Assembly (NCBI GenBank): GCA_950097015.1
Contig: CATNEN010000003.1
Span: 15,934,001-15,998,000, forward strand
Direction: 5' to 3'
Length of the DNA stretch: 64,000 bases
Source: Macrostomum hystrix
Lineage: Eukaryota > Animalia > Platyhelminthes
This document shows positions 11,205-29,338 of the stretch, one piece after another. Within the stretch, counting starts at the first letter, position 1; each line of letters opens with the position of its first letter. Both the position numbers and the translations under genes were made by a program. The notes below the pieces were generated by a model. It was not told where the DNA came from and did no database searches. It was given only the letters and a program-made list of their open reading frames with translations.

Positions 11205-14200
11205 ATGAACTACGGCCAGGAAGCTGTGAGTGACATTTTATGTAACCGACTCACTCAGATAGACATTACCTAATGTCTTCCCGCCCAATTCGATGCACTG
11301 AGCACGTAAGCTTGTGGTCTAGTGGTTGATAATAATAATTGCAGGAGGGCTGCGGGCAATGGCACATTATTTGGTGACACTAGACCCGCAGCCAGCGAGG
11401 AGGCAATTCTGCCCATTTCGCTGATTCCTAAATTCGCTGTTTATACGCTCTCAGATTGCGCCTTGGAGGTTGGCCCTCTATGGCGTAAATTGCACGACAA
11501 GCCCCCAAGCCTTCTCTCCGCGGCTGCGCTCCAAATGCACGTGGCCACGCCGCGGAATCGAGCTCAGGGACCTTGGCGCGCGAGACAAACGCGTTAGACC
11601 GCTCTGCCCCCAGTACGACCATAACGAGTGGAATAGCTCCAGGAGAATATATTATCGTCATTAAGCCAGGCACTTTATTCCCCTGTCCTTGACCCAGCCG
11701 TAAAATGGGTGCCAGCATTTGATGGGACTGAAAGAAATTTAAGTAGGTTTGGCAGCCTACCTAGTCCATGTACAGAACATAGCTGTACAATGAAATAATA
11801 TACTAAACCAAAATGATCGACAGTTTCAGGATGATGTTGGCACAACGGCAGGCGGTAAACAATCGCCTGGTCGCAAAGGCGCCGGCTACAAAGCTATCTT
11901 TCCTAAATTGCTTGGCGATCAGGTGATGAGCGGCGGCATGGATGGTCGAGTGAGTTCTATTCATTCGAATTTTTTCTATCACAACATTCTACGCTAAATG
12001 GAGGCTTTAAACAAATCCGTTCGTTCTTGACATGCAGGACCACTATGGCCATTGGAAACTATTTCGTCAGAATCGCGCGATGGGAACTGAGAGGCATCAA
12101 CTGGTTATCAGCCACATGCGAGTGAGTGCACGAGTTAGGATGTTGAGATGTGAAGGAATGCTCGGAGGAAGCATTGCATATTAAAATGTAGATTGAAAAG
12201 TTTTGATTGATTGGCTTCTGCCAGGACTGCTTCTAATAGACCAGGCAGCTGGGTGATGAAATTGCTTCAGACATTCTAAAGTACAGAAGTTTTTTCCCTT
12301 TGGCTGAGATTCGAACCTGCGACCTCTTGGTTAGTAATCCAACGCTTTCATCACTTTTTTGCCAAAAGCTCGGAGGAAAAATGATAGCCCCACTTTGCAT
12401 ATGTCTTATCATAATTGGCTTCAGTATAGATTACAATGTCCTCATTAATAATTTTCGAAACCAAATCTTAAAAACTATCATTTCCAGCGAGGCCTCCGTC
12501 ATCGTCTGGATCGTCGCATTGCCGCCATTCAAGAGCGCAACGAAGCCAGTCGAGGCGCCGCAAGTGACGACCCAACACCAGACGGCTTCATCGGAGGCGG
12601 TGGCGGTGGCGGCGGCGGTGGTGGCGGAGGTCCTCTGCCAAAGTCCACCGGTGAGCTGGCGGCATCTGCTGACGACCTGGAGGCTACACACCGTCGGAAG
12701 CAAGACGAGCATGAAGCTCTTGAGTCGGAGCGGTCAACTCGACTATTCCAACGCTATTCCCAGTACGGCGTCCAAAGAACTGACTCAACGCTCAGCACTG
12801 CCGGTGCCATCCCGGTGGACTTTCAAAGAACGGAGGTGACCACGGTGACGGTGTCAACTGTCTCAGATCTGCAGCACGACGACGGCGTGAAGTCGCTGCT
12901 AGACCGGGAGCTAACCTTTGTCAACACCTTTTCCGTCGCCCCCGAGCCGGAGGATCGTCTCAGCCGGCAGTCGTCCACGCTGGTCGCTTTGCCACCAATC
13001 GGAGCAAAGACTAACGACGATGCGAAAACCCTGCAAATGTACGTGACTTCCGGCCTGGGTGACTTCGACGCCGAACGCGCTGCAATGGCCGAGTACCTGG
13101 TGCCGCACCTGCGCGACACCGCTCGCAGCTTCGGTCTCGACTTCCGCCTGATTGATCCACACTTTGGCTGTCGGTTTCACGCCTGCGACAATCACGAGGA
13201 TGCCAAGATCTGTAGTGAGACGCTCGAGGGAGCCAAAGTGTTTCGTAATCGGCTCAACCATGTTGTAAGTGGCTGCTTATTTTTGATCGCATATCTTTTT
13301 TGTAGAATTGAAGACATCAAACACAGACACACGGTATTTTCTTTTAAGATTTTACTTGGTGACAAATTCGGCAAGCCGAGCAGTCCGCCGACCATCGAGT
13401 GCGCCGAGTTTGAGTTGATCCGCCAAGAATACGCGTCAGCTTATCAAAAACTTCAACAGCTGCGGGCTGAACGCCAGAAGGAGCTCGATGATATGGAGCG
13501 AGAGCGCAAACTGCAGGAGGAACAGCAGCTGCAACGCAATAGAAATGGCGATGATGACGACGAATATGACGATGATTTCGATGAAAACGACGACGCCAAT
13601 CGTCGAAATGGTCGGCGAACAAGTGTGCGCGATCCGACCGCCAGACGGCGTAGCAGCGTCAAGCAGACCACGAAGCCGAAGGCGAGCCTGACCTCTGTAG
13701 CGAAGACAGTCGGTAGGGCGATGCTGATTCGCAAGTCCCAAATCGACGACAGCATTCGCAGCATTGAGCCCTTCTTGCCTAGCGAGAACTTTCTGAACAC
13801 CTGGTACTATCTTGACACCAGTCGAGTGCCGGTGGTGTACCGCCTAGCTCAGGTCAGCAGCGTCATGCTAGACTTCGCTGCCTATCGAATGCAGGCGCAA
13901 GATCAATGGCAGCGCACTGATCAGCAGCTGCTCGCCACGCTGACATTCTGCGCTAGACGGCTAGTGAAGAGTGACGCTTTGCAGGAAACAGCCAGCTCCA
14001 TTCTGGCCTTGAACAAGACCTCAGTGCTCGAGCGTGAGCTTCGACAGACGGTGCTGCGTTCGCGAGGCGGCCACTCCGACACGCTAATGTTTGTGCGCAA
14101 TTTCGAAAACCTGAAGGACCACATTGGCCAGCCACTGGCCGCTGTGTACACCGACATCGAGCCCGGACGTGAAGAGGTCGATTTGGAAGCTGCGCACGCT

Positions 14201-17200
14201 TTCGTGGCTTTGAAACGCGATTTGGAGGCAATGGTAATGACAATGAACCTATAATTACGCTTGTGGTACGAAATTGTTTGTAAACTAAAACTACTAGCGT
14301 TCTTTTTTCATTTGTGGCAGGTGCCAGAAGACATCATTCAACGTAGCCAGATCAGCTGGATACCGGAGGGCGGCGTGAATCCGGAGCGTTCTCGAATTCA
14401 CGAGAATCACGTGAAGAAATTGTGCGCTCATGTTATTCGAGTTATGGAGCCGCAGATTCGTCGAATCGGTCTGGAACTGCAGACACACCAAACTGAGCAG
14501 CAGGGTCTGCTGCACATCATTCAGGAGAATGAGAACTACTGTCTGCAGCAGTGAGTACTTTGAGCAAGAGTAGTAGGAGCAAGGCTCCAAGAGTTTCCAT
14601 TAGAACCAGTATAATTTAGGTTCGTCATATCTTCATTTCTTAGACTTTCAAGCCAGAATTACCAAGCCTTACAATGCTTACTTGAAGCCACGCAGAGATA
14701 AGTATAGAATCGCTTTTCTGAGTGTCCTAACAGAATCTGGACAGTCTTCGTTTAGCTATTCTGATAAGAATCTTATCCTAGGCTTGATCACAACGAGGCA
14801 AAAGTTTTCTTTTCTATGACACTTGCTGTGAAGCGCCATGTTTTCCTCTTTATGTATTGCACTGCAGGAATTTTCTGAGTTTGCAAACAATTCTCAATTC
14901 AGGAAATTCACTACTTCAAGTAGAAAGATTGCTTCTTATTTTCTTAAAATGTTTTTTAGCATCTTGCAATTAAAATGAAAATTAAATCATGACTAGTCTA
15001 GCTTTGGAAGAATCTATGGAGCAACGGGTAGTACTATAGACCTAAACGAGCTACTGTCGTATTTCTTATAATTAGGGGGTTTTACTCCTAGGCCTTGACT
15101 TAGCGGCAGGGAGCCTCCATGACGGACGCAGCGAGGAGGCGGCTGATGCCGCCCATATCGCTAACCCCTGGCAGTTACTCCTAGGCCACTGCTTAGAGCG
15201 TCGGACTCACGACTTGAAGGTCAGATGTTCGACTTCCGATCCTTCTGGAACAATTTGTCTTTAAGCAAAACGCTTAACTTTGCATTGCTTTATTTTACCT
15301 AGCTGCTAAATGGGACAAGTGAGGGTGGGTGGGCGTCCCCCCCCAGTCCATGGACTGAACAGGCGTGCGCAGCCTTCAGATGCGCCGCGCAATAGCTGCG
15401 GCGGTGCTGTCGGCTGTACATGCGGGCCCGATTGTGGCAGGTGTAATAAATTACTATTATTTTGGTATTACAATCCAACAGCGCCGTCGAGTGCCACGGG
15501 CGAAAAGCCATGCTAGCCAAGATGAAGGCCTATCTAACATCGGACAGCATGATCCCAATGGTGGTCCACGGTCCTTCTGGCAGCGGAAAGACGACACTGA
15601 TGGCCAAGTGTTTCGCCCGACTGAAGGATTGGCTATCAGCAGGCGCCACTGCCATCGTCCGGGTGATTGGAGTGTCCAGCAGATCCGGCAACATTCGCTA
15701 CCTACTGGGTAGCATTTGTCGCGAATTGATTTTCAAGTCGAACGAAACTGGCGAACCGCCAGAGGTGAGAATTTCGATAGCTCCGAAGATCACGATGACG
15801 TTTGGTATCGACCTATACTCTCAGTTTCTTTGTTGAAAAAGCCCTGTGTTTTGTCTGTGGAACCTCATCGAGCCCCCTTAAATTGCCGGTGGTGTCCCGA
15901 AAATCCACCATGGTTCCTCACTCCTAGGAGGTGACCCACCAATTCTAGCTACGTCTCTAGTTTTTCTCAGCCATTTAGACTAAATAGTCGTATAGTTCAG
16001 AAATCTAAGTATTTTTCTGGTTCCACAGACTCTTACTTAACAAATTTTGGAACGAGGCTCGGTGGCAGAGCGCTCAAAACGCGTTTGCCTCTCGCACCAA
16101 GTTCCCTGAGTTCGAATCCGGGGCGAGGCCCCATTTTTTGGTGCAGCCGTGGAGAGAAGGCTTCGGGGTTTGTCGTGTAATTTACGCCCATGAGGGTCAA
16201 CCTCCAAGGCACAGTGAAGTGTACACTGCCTGACGATGAGAAAGTCAGGTCAGTCAGGACACGTGTGTGAGCTTATGCCTGCTTAAAATATCTGCATTGC
16301 TGTGTTCTCAAGGCATAATGGACAGTTCTAAGGAATTGTCAGCGGAATGTCTCGTCGCTGCTGGGTGTGCGGATCTACTGTCACTAAATGTGGCTGGAAT
16401 CAGCATTCCTCCTATAAACAACTTTATTGTATCATAATGAAAATCAATACCTATTTTCAGCTAAATCTTGCAAGTCAGAAACAATAAGCTTTATATTTAA
16501 ATTTCACTTTGTGTCTGTACTTTAGGCGCAGCGCATTCTCGACAACCCAGAGGAGATATTGGTATTGATAAGTGTTTTCTGTTTTAAAGAGTTTAATACT
16601 GTTTCTTATTTTATCGCATAATCCATTGAATACTGATTATAAATTTCTATTCGATTGATAATTGGATAATTGACATATTTATTGGATTCTGCAATTGATT
16701 TACATGAAAAAGAGATTGAACTAACAAATTTATGTGTACTGGACTATGCCAATGTCATATGTACACCTCTGAATTGATGCATGCTTACCAGTATGTTAAT
16801 CTGTTTGATGAGAGCATTTTATTATATTATATCCAAGCACATATGATCTGCTATTGTTATTTTTATTATAAAATTGTTTAAACTCAAAGATTGACTTCAA
16901 AATAACAAACAGAAAACTTAAATTCTCAATCTTTGCAATAGAAATCAACGGTAGAATACCACTGCGGTATTACAAATACCCACATTTATACTTTTAACCA
17001 ATATTTGTCATAGAAGTTTACACAGAGAATTTCAGTTGCTCTTATCGCCAGGGTCTTCGACAAGAATTGTTGAATATGTAGCTATTATTAAATAGGCGGT
17101 GGGTATTTGAAATTACCTCCGTGGTAATCTGCACAAAGTTCTCAAGCTGAAACTAAACCCGAAACAATCCACCACAGGATTTTGCTGGCCTGGTGAACGA

Positions 17201-20200
17201 ATTCACCGCTCGGCTTCAGCAGGCCAGTCGCGACCGTCCTTTGGTGATCCTGCTCGACGCTCTCGGTCAGCTGACCGAGGAGTACCAAGGCCGTCGATGC
17301 CACTGGCTGCCAAAGGTCCTGCCCAAGCACGTCAAGGTGATCGTCTCAACTGTTGGAGACGAACGCGCTGGCGTTTTGAACCAGTTGCGCGGCATGTACT
17401 CCGATGGCTCGCCGGATCATTTCATGGAGATGGAGCAGCTGACAGTCCAGGAGGCCGAGCATGTCATCAGCTCCTGGCTGGCTAAAGAGGGGAAGACGCT
17501 AACGGATCCCCAAATGGCGCACATTCTGTCGGCATTCGAGAGTGTGCCACTGCCGCTGCAGTTGCGACTCAGTTTCCACGAGTGCCTGGCCTGGCCGCCC
17601 AGCTTTGTGCCTCGTGAGTTCGCTGCTAAGACTCTGAAGCAGTCGGTGACTTTCTACCTCAGCCGAGTCGAAACCGGATTCGGCGAGTTGTTCGTGAAAC
17701 GAGCCCTCGGCTACCTAACTGCAGCTAAGAACGGCCTAACTGAGACTGAACTGCTCGACATTCTGTCACTCGACGACAATGTGATGGATGTGCTCAACTT
17801 CCAATTTACTCTACCTGTGCGCCGCTGTCCACAGATTGCTTGGCTGCGGCTTCGCCACGCTCTTGGCGTGTTCCTCACCGAGAAATTTGTTGACAATTGT
17901 TCCACAATCGTGTGGGCCTTTAACATGTTCAAGGATGCCGCCGCGGAGCGCTACCTCAACCAGAAGGAGAAGCCGGTGCTGCACAAGTCTCTGGCCGAGT
18001 ACTTTGACGGCATGTGGTCTGGAAGCAGGAGGAAGCCGCATATGGGCAACGAAGCAGGCTCATGCCGGTTCGTCAGCTCCCAGCCGTACTACTTTGAGCG
18101 TCAGGACCCGCCGGGCTTTGTCTGTAATGAGCGGAAGCTGGCCGAGCTGCCTTGGCACCTGCGCGAATCGCAGCAGTTTGAGGCGCTAAAACAAAAATGC
18201 CTATGCAACTTTGACTTCATTCTGGCCAAGATGCTTGCCTCATCGGTAAGGCACGTGCTGGACTTGTACGAGTCTGTATTGAGCGCTGAGCCACGCGACA
18301 AGGACCTGCGGCTCATTTCGAACTCTCTTTACCTGTCGCGCACTGAGCTGGAGCTTGAGCCGAAGCAGTTAGCTTCGCAACTGCTTGGACGCATAACGGA
18401 CATCGTCAAGGCAGATCGGCCGAAAGCACCAGCTGATCCCAAGAAATATCCGTTCGTGCACGCTTTGTTCTATCGAGCTCGACGAAATAATGTTCCCACT
18501 CTGGTTCCGTCAAAGTCATGCATGACGACTCCGAGCGAAATCATTCTCGATCTGCTTCAGGGACATCGACTGCCAATCACCGCTGTCTGCATCACCGAAG
18601 ATGGGGCCACAGGATTCACAAGCTCGCAGGAGGATACTATTAAGGTGTGGGATCTGACGAACAGTCGTGTTGTAAATACAATCGAAGGCTCCGGCAGTGA
18701 GGTGCTCTCCATGACGCTTGCCCGCCAGGAATCGGTGCTGGTCACCACGGAACTCTCCTGCGTTAAGGTTTACGCCGTGAAACAGGGTTGCCTTCTGTTT
18801 AACATCCCAGTGCAGGACGATCCATGCGCGATTGTTGTTAATGGAGACACCAACTGCTTAGTGTGCTTTCATCAAGGCATCTGCATCATGCGCACCTGGA
18901 ATTTGGAACGCCTAACAAAGGTGTGCGAGAAGACGCTTACAGAGACTGGACTGCATCAGGACCGCACAGTTGTAGTCGCCACCAGATGCAATGGAGACTT
19001 AGTTCTCTACGGTCTGAGGGGCTCAAATTTTGCGCGTGTCGTTCACTGCCGAAACGGTCAGGACATATTGAAACTATCCTGCGCAGACAAAGCGTCCTTG
19101 GTGACTGCTGTGCAAACCAGCCGCGAGTACTACATTGTGGCATGCCAAGCCACTGATCTGCACACTCGCGTGCACATGTTCTTCCTGGAGCTCTTCGACA
19201 TTGGCAAGGGTAAACAGGTTAGGCGCATCAAAGGATGCCCCTCCGACAACGCGGTAGACGAGCTGATGTTGACCAACATTCAGCAGCACGTAATTTCCTT
19301 GAATCCAATGCGTGACAAAAACATGACTGACATTGTGGCATGGAACCTGGAGACTGAAGAGCACAAACATTTCACTCGTCATCCGGGAATATCCTCAGTT
19401 GGCGCCGTGTACGACTTCCGTCGAGTCATCACCGGCTCTCTAACTGACAATGCTCTGCGCATGTGGAACGTGCAGCAGAACATGCAGTCCGCTCCACCTA
19501 AAAACGACGTTCTTGTTGGTCTGGCTGACATTGTAATCGATGAAGGAAACAGCCGCTACGCAATGACGAAGCTTGCCGACAACAGTGCCATTCACGCGTG
19601 GAATCTGAGCGCTAATAAGTTTTCCGGGAAAGTTGTCAAATCGGCCAAGAGTATCTCTGGACCAAACGACATGGTGTTGATGGACCGACACTTCGTTATT
19701 GTACTCGCGCGGCCTGGCTTCTCACCAAAGGTGCCTAACGCCAAGTTTGTGTACCAGTCGCTGACCATCTTTGACATACAAAAGCAAAAGTTCACTGTCA
19801 ATTTGAACAATGTCCTCTTTGTGCCCTGCGCCTACGAGGAGTACCACGTGATTCATGGCAACCAGTTGCTGTGCCTGAATGAGCTGCACACCAACTTCTT
19901 GGTCTACAGCCTGGAATCTGGCGAGATAATCCGAAGGATCAAACCGGAATTCTCCTTCGACCCGAACAAGAAGCGGCCTTCAGTCCTGCTGGAGGGCAGC
20001 GTGTTGCAGCGAGAGAATGAGCTGTTTGAAGAGTTTGTCAACAGTCGCAAGCAAACCGTCTTTATGACGCCCTGGGAGCGCAGAAACGAGAGCAAATCGG
20101 CCAAGACCCGCCGCTATCGCAGCGAGTGGGAAGACCAGAAGCAGTTGGCAGAGGAGCTGGACCAGGAGAAGGGCAACGGCATCGCGGACTTCCTTGTCAG

Positions 20201-20915
20201 CAAGGATCAGACCACCATAGTTGCCAGCTTTTTCGCTCATCACATTTGTGTGTTCAACTTGTCGAATGGGACTCAGCAGAGCGTCCTGGAGCATCCCAAC
20301 GCTCTGTTGCACCTTTTCACAGCGTCACTGAGTCCTAATGGTAGGTTCTTGGCTCATTCAATCTACAATGAACAGCAGGAGGTGAGTCAACTCTGCCTGT
20401 GGGACTGTCGCACTGGCATGGTTAAGAAGTCTTTTAACGAGGGCGGCGTCGGCGCAGTGGTTGTCAACAGCGATGCGAGCATCCTAGTCTACGGCAACGA
20501 TCGCGGCGAACTGCGAGTGCGCGACTGTCGCCGAAGCCCGGGAAAAGTCCGAGTGGCAAAGACCAGCGCCTGCGTCAACTTTCAGCAGGGCAGTCGACGC
20601 GATTTCATTCGACTGTTCCGCGACGACAAGTGGGCCATCGTGTACGCAAGGAGCCTCTCGGTGTGGAACATGCAGAGTCTAGAGATGGTGAGCATCCTGA
20701 CACCTGACCAGCCCCTGCACTCGATTCGACTGGCCCTGAACGATCAGCTGATTGTGTTCAGCTCGAAAGACTCTAACGAGCCGATAGTGCTCAAGATGCT
20801 ATCCGCAAATTCTAAGCGACCTCAGCGAGTTGGAGTTCTGAAATTTGGCGAAGTGGATTCCACAGACTCCAGTGAAGATGAAGACACGCCAGTTGAGAGA
20901 AGTGCGGACAGCTGA
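11205..20915 (+). CDS. NACHT and WD40 repeat-containing protein (NWD1/NWD2-like STAND NTPase), ~2045 aa, 8 exons
   Basis: Phase-consistent GT-AG exons: 11205-11225, 11830-11949, 12038-12121, 12488-13264, 13349-14233, 14321-14550, 15482-15764, 17178-20915 (6138 nt). DUF4062-like N-domain (MYVTSGLGDFDAER...RLIDPHFG...ILLGDKFG), Walker A GPSGSGKT, Walker B LVILLDAL, RKLAELPWHL, and WD40 repeats (GHRLPITAV..DTIKVWDL). The first three short exons are less certain. Confidence 0.9.
11327..11611 (-). mobile_element. SINE family A copy with internal deletion (in NWD intron 1)
   Basis: Reverse complement matches both the head and the 3' domain of 42771-43140 and ends in an (ATT)n-like tail. Confidence 0.85.
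11660..11800 (+). mobile_element. Degenerate SINE fragment related to family B
   Basis: ACCCAGCCGTAAAATGGGTGCCAGCA and AGTCCATG match the central domain of the family B copies. Confidence 0.5.
12296..12355 (-). mobile_element. tRNA-derived SINE head or tRNA pseudogene fragment
   Basis: B-box-containing tRNA-like 3' half (GGTCGCAGGTTCGAATCTCAGCC on the minus strand) without an intact cloverleaf. Confidence 0.5.
15074..15465 (+). mobile_element. SINE family B copy with an 80-bp insertion in its tRNA head
   Basis: Matches the reverse complement of 55325-55650; insert 15095-15174 is flanked by the direct repeat TTACTCCTAGGCC. Confidence 0.8.
16055..16300 (+). mobile_element. SINE family A copy (last NWD intron)
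   Basis: A-box GGTGGCAGAGCG, B-box GTTCGAATCC, and body matching the 42771 copy. Confidence 0.85.
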
Positions 20916-23900
20916 AGTACTACTGGGCTTGTGTTTATGTACTATATACTAATTGGAGGTACATACGTTCTAACCATTTTTGTTACCGGCATGTAAGCAA
21001 AGTCTATTTTTGTGAGCTTGACGAATTAAAGAACTTGGTAGCAAATATCTGCAGTTAAAAACAACGAACATTAAATTAATATCATATATAAAAGCCATGA
21101 ACGTTAAATGGACCTCAATATCCTTACATATTTCTGCTTTGTAACTTTATTAATTGTTATAGTAAGTGCATCTGTGTATCAAAATATATATTTATTTGTG
21201 ATCACTTTTTTTACTTTTTTATTACGAATTTTTTGCTGCTCTATTCTAATTTCAAATTTTTGATAATCTGTACCACAATTATTAACTTTATGTGACTACG
21301 GGTAGTTTTTTACGCTAGTATGTACGAGTACCACTCATTTTCCTCGAAAGATGGCTTTCGGTATGCTAGAGAAATTTTACATTTTCTAAATTATACACTC
21401 GAAAATATAATTGCTACCTATACTTGACCATTAATTTCAGAAGAATACGAAAGTACACTAACATTTTCTACAATAGATTGTTAAAGTAATTAAACTGCGT
21501 TATTTTATTTGCGTATCACGAGTCTGTCATTTTACTTTTTACTGTTGATGGTCGTAGACATAAGATCTGTGTCTATTGAAGCTCAAAAAGTTCTCTCGGC
21601 ACCATGAATCTTCATGAATTTTCACTCAAGTCACTGTTCTGCTCATTTCGATTCGGATGGGAGTGTAAAAGGCCGTTTCCTGAATAAATTTCCTTATCTT
21701 AGAATTCTCATTTCCATGAAGATCAATGAAGAGTGATCCTGTACGAAATGCCCTATGAAAACGAAACTACTGTTCGTCAGATCAGGTATTATAAGATTTG
21801 GGCAGTTAACATTCAGTTTGTAAACTATTCTTTAAACTAACCTAATGTTTTATTGAGAAAAAATTACTAAAACGGCTTACTTTTGATAATTTGCGAAATT
21901 CACTAGAGTTGCGGTTTGAGCAGTTTTCGTAAACCTTTTCAAAAAAAAAATTAACATTGTAATATAATTTTTTTTGTAAACCACACAACAATTTAATAGA
22001 TTCGGTAGGACAGAGCTTGATACTAGCACTTCATCAGTTTTGGTAGAATTTAGTTCAAAGCGGATACAATTAAGATAGCCGTTTATTTAACTTGACTTTG
22101 CTGCTGGAAGTCTTTGAAGATAGCGGAGTTGCGAGGGTCGCATATTAAGCTAACCCCCTCAGCAAGGACCACTAGGAGTAAGACTCGCCCTTGCCCTTCC
22201 AATTGCCCTTTAGCCTTGTGTCGTACTTTTGCAAAATAAATATTTAAATATTAACATTATTATTCCGGCTTTTCAGCAACAATAACGTACAAACTAAAAC
22301 TACACCGGCAAGGCCTAAAATGTTTAGTTGTCCAAATAAGCATGCAAGCACAGAGTTCCGCAGATTTTTCATTTAACGAGGGTCGACAAACGCAGGTCGA
22401 CGCAATATCCACGCATGGCCTCGCCAACGCGTGGTCCCTGCAGCTGCATGGAAAGCAGCAGCACATCTTGCAGGGCTCTGAAAAGCGCTGCTATGCTCAA
22501 ATGATGTGATCGGCCAGCTGCAGGAGACTGGTGCACAGTAGCTGGGTTAGTCGGTAGACTTAAGCTTTGTGATACTACCCATCGTTAGTATCGCCGGCTT
22601 TTCGTTACTCTAATGTGGAACTGGCGACCTTTTAAAAGTTTTTGAAATTCTAAAATCCCGGGTTACTTCATTTCACGAGCCAAATTTTAATTTGCTATCA
22701 GTTATCTAGAGCACCTTCGAGTCTAAATCAGTTTAATTAGTAATTTTGGGGCGTAGCTGTCACATTTTTGTTCGGTAGTTTTTAATCGTTACAGCTTGTA
22801 AAAATATTTTAATTAGTGAATGTTTTTATTAACATATAACATTTATTTTTAGTTTGATTATTCGTCCGGGTAACCGGTTAACCACCCAAGGACTTAATTT
22901 CTTCCCTTTCAACGAGCAGGAGCAACGATCCTCCCAAAGACCTCTCTTGCCCTGCTGAGAGCCATCTTGAATCTTGACCTCACAAATACCAAACTATAGG
23001 CCTAGTCTACCCTTGAACTAGCCTAAGTTAGTCCCTGAAACAACAGAATTTCTGGAAAAGGTTATTATTTTTTAATTAGCTGATAAGCGAAAAAAATTTG
23101 AGACAAACTTCAAACAGACTATCTGAATGACTGTCTTTTTGCAGCTTGTTAATTATTTTATCTTACAAATGATAAAGGTTCTTGTGGTAGCGCTACAACC
23201 CTTTATAACTTAGTTATAAGTTATAACTCAGTTAACTGGACGAATAACAACTGCCTTCTTTTTAATGGTTAATGCTTGTATGTACAGAAAGACACATTAC
23301 ATTACTAGGGCTAATTATTTGGCAATTTATCTAGGCCTAGTTTTCTATGGCTAGTATTAGGCCTAGCCTAAATCATATGATATTTAGTATTACTAGCTAA
23401 CTACAAGTCTTACATTATTACATATAGTATTAGTAGCTATCTATGATAATGATAAGTATATTATATTGCTGTATTGGGCATAACTTTGGTTTCTTGCTCT
23501 AAATTATTTTTATATGTCACAGGCCTAACTTCTTAGTAGGCCTAAAGTATTTAGGGCCTATCCCAATGTTGCCACCAGATTTGTCTGAGTGCTTCTCTCT
23601 TTAATTGTCACTATAAGTATAGGATGCCACCAAAGCTGTGGCAGCTCTTATTTTTAACATCCTATAAAAATTCTTACATAGGTATTTTAATATAATGTCA
23701 AAGTACTAAGTAATTTCAATATTTTTTTAGAAGTAGTCTCTGAGAATGTATTTTATATATTTCAATAAATTTTCTTGGTAGAGTTTTAGTCTGGTAGCAT
23801 ATTTAGTTAGTCTAGGTAGAATATTTAGTCATTCTGCTCAATAAATTGTCAAATTGTCAGAAAAAAGTTATTCATGTTTTTCATCTAAAACCAAACAATG

Positions 23901-24189
23901 ATTTTCATGTATCTTCAAACCAAACAGAGAATTTGATATTTGGTTTTAAAATTTGAGTGAGTGGTTTAATCTTATTTTAAGGAGTGATCTATCATCAATT
24001 ATGTCATTTGAAAGCATTTTTCATGCTCTATAAATAACTGCATTTATGGTTATTTAATTGGAAAGCAACCACATACAATCTTAGTCTAAAGTACATGCTG
24101 AAAAAATGCTGTCAAAAAGTATGCTTTTGTGATAAAAATTTCTACTGAAACATCCATATCTTTCTTTCCTTTAAATGCTTCATTGTATG

Positions 24190-24459
24190 CATACATGCGC
24201 AACCTCCCAAATCTTAGCCGGCCGTGCGACTTAGTTTTTGCTCTCATTTGCGACTTAGTTCGTTTCATTGCTCTATTTACGACTTAGTTTGCTCTCATTT
24301 GCTCTTTTTCTCTCCCCTTTTTCCTTTTCTTCACGCCTTCCTTTTTTGTCCCTTGGTCCCCCCTTTGATTTTTTTGCGCTTGGTCGATTGGTTTTTGCGA
24401 CTTACCTTGCTTGGCCCTCGTTTCACCCGGCCGGTTCGGCCGGGTGTTGCGCATGTATG
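24190..24459. mobile_element. hAT-type MITE
   Basis: 14-bp TIRs CATACATGCGCAAC / GTTGCGCATGTATG; 8-bp TSD ATTGTATG / ATTGCATG (one mismatch); internal GCGACTTAG repeats. Confidence 0.8.
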
Positions 24460-25322
24460 ATTGCATGTCATGCCTTAGCTTGTAAATAATTTCATTGACA
24501 TTCAAAATAGTTGTTCTGTGAAATACAATTAGCTTGTTTCTGTCTTGCACAAGACCAAGGAAGGAGTAAAAATTCTTGTTCGGTTTTGAAGATACACTGT
24601 TTGGTTGATGATACATTACCCTACTTTAGACAATACAGATCCATTTACATTTGCACTAGCTAATTTCTATATTTGTAAAGCCTATATATAGGTGTGTACA
24701 ACAAAACAAATAATATAGTAAAAACATGTTTTAAAATTTTTTTTCCTATTAACCAATAGATAAACAAATATTTTTGGCAATGTACAGCTAATCAGAAGTA
24801 AATTAAAATTTAGTTATTGTATATAGGAATTATCTGTTTTCCAATCCTATATGTCTGAGGGCTTGTAGAGTAATGTACATTTAAGATGCAGATTATAAAT
24901 GAATTTGATATAGTCCTGACATTGTTACTAAATCTATAAATACTTAATTTGAACATTCGATATATATTAAACTTGAATATGTTGCAGTCACATTTCAGTT
25001 AATTTATTAATTGCTTGTTAGTTTATGTTTAGCTCAAAATATTTTCCAACAGCCTAGTTGTAGTGAGCACTATATAATATATAATTAGCACAATATACAC
25101 AACCTTAGGCAACAGAAGTACACAGATTTCATGATTTTTGTTCTGTTAATAAGAACAATAAATATAATATGGCTTTGGCCGTGCTTTATTTTGCTTTCAT
25201 AATTTTCATTTATTTCAGGCTGAAATCAAGGAAAACTGACTTGGCATAATTGGATAAATCAGTAAATCGTATTACACTAGAACTGAAAATTGATAGAAAA
25301 GTTTTATCTTAACTGCGTTCTC

Positions 25323-29338
<4,016 letters not shown>

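Noticed and set aside
12300-12839. 179-aa ORF and the many antisense ORFs across NWD, KLC and the GPCRs
   Set aside because: Alternative-frame shadows of GC-rich exons.
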